The notes under the pieces were generated by a model that saw only the letters and a program-made list of their open reading frames with translations, was not told the DNA's origin and did not search any database. A DNA stretch of 61,470 bases from Thermoanaerobaculia bacterium. GTDB taxonomy: Bacteria; Acidobacteriota; Thermoanaerobaculia; Gp7-AA8. This document shows positions 20,001 through 27,045 of this stretch, piece after piece; position 1 is the stretch's first letter; each line of letters opens with the position of its first letter. The stretch spans positions 1 through 61,470 of the forward strand of contig JBKJVD010000090.1 in assembly GCA_046590585.1 (NCBI GenBank), given 5' to 3'. Made by a program: the position numbers and the translations under genes.

Positions 20001-20109
20001 GAGTTCCTCGGGGTTCCTCGGGTTCCTCGGTTCCTCGGGTTGTTTCCCGCAAGCGTCTCCTGAAAAGCGTGACACCAGGAACCGAGGAACTCCGAGGAAC
20101 CAAGGAACC
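20001..20109. repeat. GAGGAAC-family repeats arranged as a long imperfect inverted repeat in a divergent promoter region
   Basis: Left arm GAGTTCCTCGGGGTTCCTCGGGTTCCTCGGTTCCTCGGG (20001-20040). Right arm CAGGAACCGAGGAACTCCGAGGAACCAAGGAACC (20076-20109). Confidence 0.8.
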
Positions 20110-20114
20110 GCCCC

Positions 20115-20759
20115 GTGCAACCATTCGCGATTCAGTGGATACTCGCGACGGATGAACGACCAGTGAGCAGCACCACGTCCGACGCAGAACTGGTTGCGCA
20201 GCTTCGCTCTGGTGAAGCGCAGGCGTTCGAGACTCTCGTCCGCGTGCACACTGCTCCACTTCTTCGAACCGCGCGCCGCTACCTGCGGGCCGAAGAGGAC
20301 GCGCGGGATGCCGTGCAGGAAGCGTTCATCTCGGCGTTCCGTTCGATCGCGAAATTCGAAGCGAACGCGCAGATCTCCACCTGGCTGCACCGGATCGTGA
20401 TCAACGCCTGCCTCATGAAACTGCGCACCCAGCGTCGTCATCCTGAGGACGACATCGAACTGCTCCTGCCACGCTTCACGGAGGATGGGCACCAGGTCGA
20501 ACCGAGCGTTGCCTGGAACGATCCGGCGGATGTCATTCTCGAGCGCGCCGAACTTCGTCAGGTGGTGCGAGATGCGATCGACAAGCTGCCCGAGACCTAC
20601 CGGGTGGTGCTGCTTCTACGCGACATTGAAGAAATGTCGACTGATGAGGCTGCGCAGACACTGGATATCACAGCGAACGCGCTCAAGATCCGCCTCCATC
20701 GGGCCCGACAGGCCCTGCGCACACTCCTGGACCCACACATGCGGAGCGTTCATCCGTGA
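20115..20759 (+). CDS. ECF-type RNA polymerase sigma-70 factor
   Basis: ORF 20115..20759 with a GTG start; an alternative GTG lies at 20163. Region 2 DAVQEAFISAFRSIAKFE..STWLHRIVINACL. Region 4 YRVVLLLRDIEEMSTDEAAQTLDITANALKIRLHRAR. Confidence 0.88.
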   Translation: MQPFAIQWILATDERPVSSTTSDAELVAQLRSGEAQAFETLVRVHTAPLLRTARRYLRAEEDARDAVQEAFISAFRSIAKFEANAQISTWLHRIVINACLMKLRTQRRHPEDDIELLLPRFTEDGHQVEPSVAWNDPADVILERAELRQVVRDAIDKLPETYRVVLLLRDIEEMSTDEAAQTLDITANALKIRLHRARQALRTLLDPHMRSVHP

Positions 20760-21028
20760 ATCAGACCGTGCCGATGCACTGCGATGAAGTCCTTTCCTTC
20801 CTGTCCGACTACCTGGATCACGCCCTCGAGGACGCGGTGCTGGCAAGATTCGAGTGGCACCTCGAACGCTGCGTCTCGTGCCGTAACTACCTGTCGGCCT
20901 ACCGCGAGACGATCGCGATGGCGCGAATGGCTTCGAGGCCGCGCGCTCCGTTCGAAGATCCTCCGGAAGTTCTGGTGCAGGCGATTCTCCTGGCTCAGAA
21001 ATCGGAGGGACGCAGCAGGCAGGAGTAA
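20756..21028 (+). CDS. Zinc-binding anti-sigma factor (ZAS, zf-HC2), soluble, paralogue B
   Basis: ORF 20756..21028, with a GTGA overlap with the sigma gene stop. MHCDEV...FEWHLERCVSCRNYL carries the same C..HxxxCxxC layout as 18842..19093. Confidence 0.82.
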   Translation: MNQTVPMHCDEVLSFLSDYLDHALEDAVLARFEWHLERCVSCRNYLSAYRETIAMARMASRPRAPFEDPPEVLVQAILLAQKSEGRSRQE

Positions 21029-21046
21029 CCGGAAACGAGCGCCTGC

Positions 21047-21074
21047 TGAACCGACCTGACCCGAACCCCCGTAA
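21047..21074 (+). promoter_or_regulatory. Candidate ECF-type promoter (TGAACC-N17-CGTAA)
   Basis: TGAACC (21047-21052), a 17-nt spacer, then CGTAA (21070-21074). It lies between the anti-sigma gene and the kinase at 21134. It resembles the generic ECF consensus (G/T)GAAC-N16-17-CGT. This is a motif match only. Confidence 0.3.
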
Positions 21075-21133
21075 CGGCGCCTTGTGTCCTGATTCCTAAC
21101 TAATTCACGCGACCTGGCCGTTCCGATTTACCA

Positions 21134-23029
21134 TTGCGACTCTTGAACTATCGGTATTTTGATGATGTGCCAGCCGTGATCTGTGCGGTGAGCGGGCCGA
21201 CACACGTCTGCACGTACACGAATGCCTGGTTCAACCGGCTGTTCGGCTCCTCCGGTATCGTAGGCGAGCCGATCGCCGTCACGCTGCCCGAGCTGTTCCC
21301 TGGGACCGAAGTCAACCTGCTCGATCGCGCCTATACGAGTGGAGAACCGGTTGCTGCGCGTGAACTGGCGGTCGCACCGGCTTCATCCACCTTCCTCGAC
21401 CTCACCTATCAGCCGCATCGGGATGCGTCGGGTTCCGTCGACGGAATCCTGATCTTCGGTTTTGACGTCACCGAGCAGGTGCGGCTCCGTAATTCCGCAG
21501 AGATCGCCCGGCGACAGGCCGAAGCAGACCATGAGTTTCTGGCGGCCGTGCTCGACACCGTGGACGAAGCGATCATCGCCTGCGATGCCAACTCGATCCT
21601 GACGCTGCTCAACAGGAAAACGATTGAACTGCATGGAACTCCGTTCGCGCCGCAGCATGTGCGCGAGTGGGCCAGAAACTCGCGATTGTATCGATCGGAC
21701 GGAGTGACTGCGCTCCCGCCCGAGGAAGTTCCTTTGCTCCGGGCCGCGCGCGGAGAACGGATGACGAACGAGGAAGTCGTGATCGTCCACCCAGGATCGG
21801 ATGAGCGCCGCACTGTTCTGGTCTCCGGTCAGCCGGTGCAGTCCGTCGGCGGAGAAATCCTCGGCGCGGTGGCCGTGATGCGCGACATCACCGATGAGCG
21901 CCGCATGCAGAAAGAGTTGCGGACCGCCGAGCTGACGTCGGCGCTCGGCAACCTTGCATCGCGGATGGCTCACGAGTTCAACAACGTGCTCATGGGGATT
22001 CAGACCATGCTCACCGTGATCGGTCGAACGGCGAAGGAAGAGTCGGCGATGAAAGCGATCGGGCACATCGAGCAGGCCATCTCGCGCGGGAAGCTGGTCA
22101 CCACCGAGGTCCTGCGGATGAGTCGCGCAGGCCGCCCCTCGCTGCAGCCGGTGAACGTCGCTTCATTCCTGGATGGGTGCAGCCAGGAAGTCCGCGCCCA
22201 GCTCGGGTCGAGCGTGGTCACGACGTTTGATGCGGTCGACAGGAACCTGTGGCTTTCCGGCGATCCCGCACAACTCCAGCAGGTCCTGGTCAACCTGGCC
22301 GCCAACGCGAATGATGCGATGGCGGCTGGCGGTCAGTTCCGGATCGCGGCACGCGCGTCGGACGACGGCGCATCGGTAATTTTCGACGTGTCCGATGATG
22401 GCGTGGGAATCCCGCCCGAGGTGTTGCCGCGAATTTTCGACCCCATGGTCACGACGCGTCGCGACCATGGCCACGGGCTCGGCCTGGCCATCGTGCGCCA
22501 GACGGTCCGCGGTCACGAGGGAGAGATCGAGGTGACGCCGACCGGTGGACGCGGAACGCTCTTCACGATGCGCCTCCCTCGCACGCAGCCGGTTGAGGAG
22601 CGGTCGCCGGTGACGCCTCGTGCAGCCTGGAAAGGCAGAGTCCTGCTCGTCGAAGACGATGACATCGTGGCCTCGGGACTGGCGATGCACCTCGATGGCG
22701 CGGGGATGATCGTGAGCCGTGCCTCGACCGGTCATGGCGCACTGGATGCGCTCGGTGTGTTCGATCCCGGCCTGATGATTCTCGACATCGGACTTCCCGA
22801 CATTTCCGGCGAGGTCGTGTTCGAGCGTGTGAAAGCAAGTCGCCCCGACCTGCCGATCGTCATCGCCACCGCTCACGGTGACGCCGCAAAATTCGCAGCG
22901 TTCCTCGAACGCAGGAACGTGGCGTTCCTGTCGAAGCCATTCGACATGCAATCGCTCGATCGTGCCATCGAACTGATCACCTCCCCGGCATCCCCCGACT
23001 CCGCGATGCCCGCCCATCAGATCGACTGA
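21134..23029 (+). CDS. Hybrid sensor histidine kinase (PAS-PAS-HisKA-HATPase_c-REC)
   Basis: ORF 21134..23029 with a TTG start (uncertain). H-box LASRMAHEFNNVLMGI; ATPase VSDDGVGIP and GHGLGLAIV; REC VLLVEDDD...MILDIGLPDISG. Confidence 0.85.
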   Translation: MRLLNYRYFDDVPAVICAVSGPTHVCTYTNAWFNRLFGSSGIVGEPIAVTLPELFPGTEVNLLDRAYTSGEPVAARELAVAPASSTFLDLTYQPHRDASGSVDGILIFGFDVTEQVRLRNSAEIARRQAEADHEFLAAVLDTVDEAIIACDANSILTLLNRKTIELHGTPFAPQHVREWARNSRLYRSDGVTALPPEEVPLLRAARGERMTNEEVVIVHPGSDERRTVLVSGQPVQSVGGEILGAVAVMRDITDERRMQKELRTAELTSALGNLASRMAHEFNNVLMGIQTMLTVIGRTAKEESAMKAIGHIEQAISRGKLVTTEVLRMSRAGRPSLQPVNVASFLDGCSQEVRAQLGSSVVTTFDAVDRNLWLSGDPAQLQQVLVNLAANANDAMAAGGQFRIAARASDDGASVIFDVSDDGVGIPPEVLPRIFDPMVTTRRDHGHGLGLAIVRQTVRGHEGEIEVTPTGGRGTLFTMRLPRTQPVEERSPVTPRAAWKGRVLLVEDDDIVASGLAMHLDGAGMIVSRASTGHGALDALGVFDPGLMILDIGLPDISGEVVFERVKASRPDLPIVIATAHGDAAKFAAFLERRNVAFLSKPFDMQSLDRAIELITSPASPDSAMPAHQID

Positions 23030-23105
23030 ATCTCATCGCTGCTTCCCCCAAACTGCTGCTCTGACCCGCGAGCGGAGCTAGAATGCGGCAACCCGCTGGG
23101 TCCTC

Positions 23106-25109
23106 ATGTCCTCGTCAATTACGATTCTGCTGCTGTCGATCGTCGGCGCCATCCTGCTTGCACTGATCGTGCTCAGGAACCGCCGCGTTTCGGAAGATGG
23201 TTCCGCCGAGCCACTGGTTCCCGGCGAAGATCTCCTCCTGCGCAATGCCTTCGATCGTTCCGGACTCGGAATCGGCTTCATGAACGGCGATGGGCACTGG
23301 GTCGACGCGAATCGCCGGTTCCTCAGCCTGACCGGATACAACCGTGCGGAACTCTTCAATGTCCCACTCCGCCTGCTGACTCATCCTGAAGACCGCAAGA
23401 GAGAGGCAACGCTGTTCGCTGAACTGCGAGCCGGCAAGCGCAGTGGCTACACGATGACCAAGCGGATGCAGCGCAAGGGCGGCGAATTCCGCTCGTTCCG
23501 GGTACAGATGCTGCGCGTGACCGAGGCGCCGCAGCCCGTGTATCAATGCACGATCGACGATGGCGAACAGCAGGCCACGAGGCTCGAGCTGATCGCTTCC
23601 GCGCTCTCGGAACTGGATGACATGGCGGTGGTCTTCTGCGACTCGTCCGGTGTCATCACCGGTTGGAACCGTGGCGCGGAACTCCTGTACGGTTACATGG
23701 AAACCGAGATTCTCGGCCGCCCGTGGACGCTGCTGCATCGCGACGCGAATCAGACTGCGGCCACTCGTCTGCTCACGGCCGCGGCGACGAACGGCTTCGC
23801 ACGGAGCGTCTCGGTGCGAGCGCGCAGCGATCAATCCACCATCACGGTTCGCAGCATCATCATCCCTGACCTGCGGCTGCGGGATTCTGCAGGGTTTCTC
23901 GAGATCTGTCGCGACGATGCCGTCTCCACCGGTCTCGCGGCACACCGTGTCGGTTCGACCGACGGCACCCTCTCCGATTTCCTGAAAATGCAGGAAGACA
24001 ACACCCTGCTGAAGGGAGAACTCCGCCAGAGCCTCCACGCCGTGCGTGAACTTTCCTCGATCCACCACCAGAACCAGACGCTGATCGCCGAACTTGCTTC
24101 ACGGGACGAAACCGAGCATCAGCTTCGTGGGGTCATCGTCTCGCTCAGGACTGCCAACAATGAACTATCGCGCAAGCTCCGGGTCCTGAGTGGAGCGATC
24201 CGCAAACTGATCGGTGCCCGGAAGACGCAACGCGAAGTCGTCGCCCATCAGGACGCCTCGACAATTCCGACTCTCTCCCTGGAATCGTCGTGGGTCGGAC
24301 TCAAAGGGCCTGAGATCAACGACACCGTGCGTAACGTGGCCGCCGAGTCGAGGAGCGGGATCCTGCGCCTCCGTTCCGCTTCGGGACAGAAACACCTCAT
24401 CTTCGACGACGGCCACCTCGTCGCCGTGACCTCGGACAGCGATGACACCTTGCTGGGCAACCTCCTGGTCGACGCGGGAGTCATCACCCAGGAGCAGCGC
24501 GACTCGGCGCTGGAAGTTCATCGTGCAAGTGGCGGCTCGCTCGGCACCAGCCTGATCAACCTCGGACTGGTGACGCAAAGTGAACTCGAAGAAATCCTCC
24601 GGGCCAGGGTGAAACGTGAGCTCGCAGATGCGGAGTCGTGGGAGGACGCCGAGACCTCCTTCACCGATGCCACCGCCCCGGGAAACCTGGTGCCGATCTC
24701 TGTCGATGTCCTCGCCATCCTCGCGGAGTTGCACTCGGTCGGTACGCTGACGGCAAGCGATCCGAGCGAACGAGACACCGAGGAGGCGCCGCTTCCCGAA
24801 CGCGATCAGGCGGGTCCGATTCGTCGTGAACCAGAACCAGCCGGAACGGAGGTCGCAGACCCGGTCAGGGTCCAGGCAGGCGAGGCGGACGAAGCAGAGG
24901 AAGAACTCGAAGAAAACATCGAGGAAGAAACCGCAGAGGCTTCGCTGCCATTCATCGGTCGTTCCACGGGTCGCACCCGCACGTACCATGCACGCAGTTG
25001 CCGGAGCGCAAAGACGATTCCGCGCAAGCAACGCATCTACTTTGCGACGACCGACGAAGCCGAGAGTCAGCGCTTCAAGCCATGCAGCCGCTGCAACCCC
25101 GCTGGCTAG
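23106..25109 (+). CDS. Membrane-anchored PAS-PAS / coiled-coil / DUF4388-like / GspE_N-like protein with C-terminal Ada-type zinc-binding motif
   Basis: ORF 23106..25109. N-terminal TM ITILLLSIVGAILLALIVL. Two PAS segments (GFMNGDGHWVDANRRFLSLTGY and VFCDSSGVITGWNRGAELLYGY). GILRLRSASGQKHLIFDDGHLVAV resembles DUF4388. C-terminus YHARSCRSAKTIPRKQRIYFATTDEAESQRFKPCSRCNP resembles the Ada N-terminal Zn motif. Confidence 0.8.
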   Translation: MSSSITILLLSIVGAILLALIVLRNRRVSEDGSAEPLVPGEDLLLRNAFDRSGLGIGFMNGDGHWVDANRRFLSLTGYNRAELFNVPLRLLTHPEDRKREATLFAELRAGKRSGYTMTKRMQRKGGEFRSFRVQMLRVTEAPQPVYQCTIDDGEQQATRLELIASALSELDDMAVVFCDSSGVITGWNRGAELLYGYMETEILGRPWTLLHRDANQTAATRLLTAAATNGFARSVSVRARSDQSTITVRSIIIPDLRLRDSAGFLEICRDDAVSTGLAAHRVGSTDGTLSDFLKMQEDNTLLKGELRQSLHAVRELSSIHHQNQTLIAELASRDETEHQLRGVIVSLRTANNELSRKLRVLSGAIRKLIGARKTQREVVAHQDASTIPTLSLESSWVGLKGPEINDTVRNVAAESRSGILRLRSASGQKHLIFDDGHLVAVTSDSDDTLLGNLLVDAGVITQEQRDSALEVHRASGGSLGTSLINLGLVTQSELEEILRARVKRELADAESWEDAETSFTDATAPGNLVPISVDVLAILAELHSVGTLTASDPSERDTEEAPLPERDQAGPIRREPEPAGTEVADPVRVQAGEADEAEEELEENIEEETAEASLPFIGRSTGRTRTYHARSCRSAKTIPRKQRIYFATTDEAESQRFKPCSRCNPAG

Positions 25110-25145
25110 GGCCTAAGCCGGCGGGAAACTGCGGCGCGGTCGCTA

Positions 25146-25192
25146 GCTGTTGGCTGTTGGCTGTTGGCTGTTGGGAAAGGCGGACGGCACTG
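25146..25192. repeat. GCTGTTGG tandem repeat + GGGAAAGGCGG box (family shared with 47323-47506)
   Basis: CTGTTGGCTGTTGGCTGTTGGCTGTTGGGAAAGGCGGACGGCACTGCC. Confidence 0.75.
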
Positions 25193-25265
25193 CCCGAGAT
25201 TCCGCCCGACATCCGGCGCTCGATGTGGACGAAGCTCCTCTTACTCGGGACGCTCGTTCGCAGCG

Positions 25266-25293
25266 CCGAGGAACCCGAGGAACTCCGAGGAAC
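25266..25293. repeat. GAGGAAC-family short tandem repeat
   Basis: CCGAGGAACCCGAGGAACTCCGAGGAACC, ending immediately next to the stop codon (25296-25298) of the minus-strand gene. Confidence 0.8.
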
Positions 25294-25295
25294 CT

Positions 25296-26051
25296 TCAGT
25301 AAGTAACCCAGATGTGAACGTCGATGTAGCGCAACTGCACCCGCCCTCGCTCGATCGCTTCGACGACGAACGGTCCAACCGCAGAACCGGCGCGCACGAC
25401 GTTTCCATTCATGATCGCCACGGACTCTCCGCGTGCCGACGAGATCCCCGACAGCGAGACCTCCACTCCGCCTGGAGCCTTGATCGGGCTCGCGTAGGTC
25501 TCTCCATCCTTGAGACTGTCCCTCCGACGGGCAGTGGGAGCAGGGGCGGGTACCCGCTCGTCGGCGCGGAGCACGTCGTTCGAAACCGTCTGCCGCCGGG
25601 GCTCAGCGATCGGTGGGCGTACCTCAATCACTTTCGGTGAACCCTTCGCAGGCACCATGGGTGCCGCAGGAGCAGCCAGCGACCGATGAAGTGGTGTAGC
25701 CGCACTAGCCGCACTGGGCACGACCGACGACGCGGGAGCGACCACAACTGGCGCGGCCGCAGGTGAAGCGACCATTGGTGGAGTGACGGCCGGTAGAGTG
25801 ACGACTGGGCGCGAGGGAAGCACAACCTGCCTGGAGATGGAACGCGATGGAGTTGCGCCCCTCAACCAGAGCGCGCTCGCGGCCACGACCACCGACGCGC
25901 CGAGAATGGCTGCGGCCAGCACCGTGGTGGAGGAGGGGGTTCGCGATGGCACATCCACGCGCCCCGGGCCGAGATAATGCTTGCGCTGCTCCCGATCCTG
26001 ACGGAGCGCTTCCAAATGCGCTTTCTTCAGACCTTCGCTGATGAGGCTCAC
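25296..26051 (-). CDS. Single-pass membrane protein with Pro/Ala-rich linker and GspB/ExeB-like C-terminal domain
   Basis: ORF 25296..26243(-), trimmed to the GTG at 26051, which overlaps the TGA of the upstream ExeA-like gene (GTGA). TM VLAAAILGASVVVAASALW. C-terminus VSLSGISSARGESVAIMNGNVVRAGSAVGPFVVEAIERGRVQLRY resembles the T2SS protein B C-terminal domain. Confidence 0.6.
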   Translation of the reverse strand: MSLISEGLKKAHLEALRQDREQRKHYLGPGRVDVPSRTPSSTTVLAAAILGASVVVAASALWLRGATPSRSISRQVVLPSRPVVTLPAVTPPMVASPAAAPVVVAPASSVVPSAASAATPLHRSLAAPAAPMVPAKGSPKVIEVRPPIAEPRRQTVSNDVLRADERVPAPAPTARRRDSLKDGETYASPIKAPGGVEVSLSGISSARGESVAIMNGNVVRAGSAVGPFVVEAIERGRVQLRYIDVHIWVTY

Positions 26052-26857
26052 GCGACGTGACCCTCCAACTCCCGGATGCTCTTCCAGACATGCGTGCCGG
26101 TGAAATGGTGGGTCCCTCGCACGAACCCGAAAAGCAGCACCTTGTCGCAGGCTGCGTTGATCAGCCGGGGAATCCCGCCCGAGTAGCGATAGATCGCACG
26201 CAGCGCGAGCCAGTTGAACGTCGGCTCGGCCGTGACGCAGCACGCACTGATCCGGTGGCTGATGTAATGCCTCATCTCGTCATAGGAGAGCGGCTGGACG
26301 TGGTAGCGAACCGTGATTCTCTGGCGGAGCTGCCTCAACTCCTTCCGGTCGACCATGTCGCGCAATTCCGGCTGTCCGACCAGCACGATCTGCAACAGCT
26401 TTCGCGAACTCGTCTCGAGGTTCGAAAGCAGACGCACTTCCTCGAGCAGGGCGGCCGACATGTCCTGAGCCTCATCGATGATGAGCACCACATCGTTGCC
26501 CTGCTCCACCTGCTCGAGGAGAAACACGTTCAGGAGCTGGAGGTTGCCGATGCGATCCCGTTTCGGCTTCAGGCCCAGTTCCGACACGATCGAACGGAGC
26601 AGTTGCGGCCCGGTCATGCATGGATTGAGGATCAGCGCCGTCTTGAAGCGGGAGTCCAGCTGTTCGAGCAGCGCCCGGCACAACGTCGTCTTTCCACATC
26701 CGACCTCACCAGTCAGAAGGATGAACCCCTTGCGCTCCCTGATGCCGAACAGAAGGTGGTCGAATGCTTCGCGGTGAGTCTGGCTGAAAAAAAACAGACG
26801 GGTATCCGGCGTGATGTTGAACGGCGCCTCATTGAAGCCGAAATAGGCGTTGTACAT
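26048..26857 (-). CDS. ExeA/GspA/MshM-like AAA ATPase
   Basis: ORF 26048..26932(-), trimmed to the ATG at 26857 (MYNAYFGFNEAPFNITPD). Walker A LTGEVGCGKTTL; Walker B VVLIIDEAQ; GGIPRLINAACDKVLL. Confidence 0.85.
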   Translation of the reverse strand: MYNAYFGFNEAPFNITPDTRLFFFSQTHREAFDHLLFGIRERKGFILLTGEVGCGKTTLCRALLEQLDSRFKTALILNPCMTGPQLLRSIVSELGLKPKRDRIGNLQLLNVFLLEQVEQGNDVVLIIDEAQDMSAALLEEVRLLSNLETSSRKLLQIVLVGQPELRDMVDRKELRQLRQRITVRYHVQPLSYDEMRHYISHRISACCVTAEPTFNWLALRAIYRYSGGIPRLINAACDKVLLFGFVRGTHHFTGTHVWKSIRELEGHVA

Positions 26858-27045
26858 CGAAAAGTCACCGACTCGATTGTTGGAAAAATGCTGACCCGCG
26901 GGGATCATAGCACCGCCCCACCGAAGCGGCATCCCTCATCCGGGCGAGGCGTCAACGAGTCAGGATCAGGGCCGCGGCGCTCGCCCTTTTGCAATGGCCG
27001 GGCGCGGGTCGGGAGTACTGTATCGGGTCAGGGGATGTCCAGACG

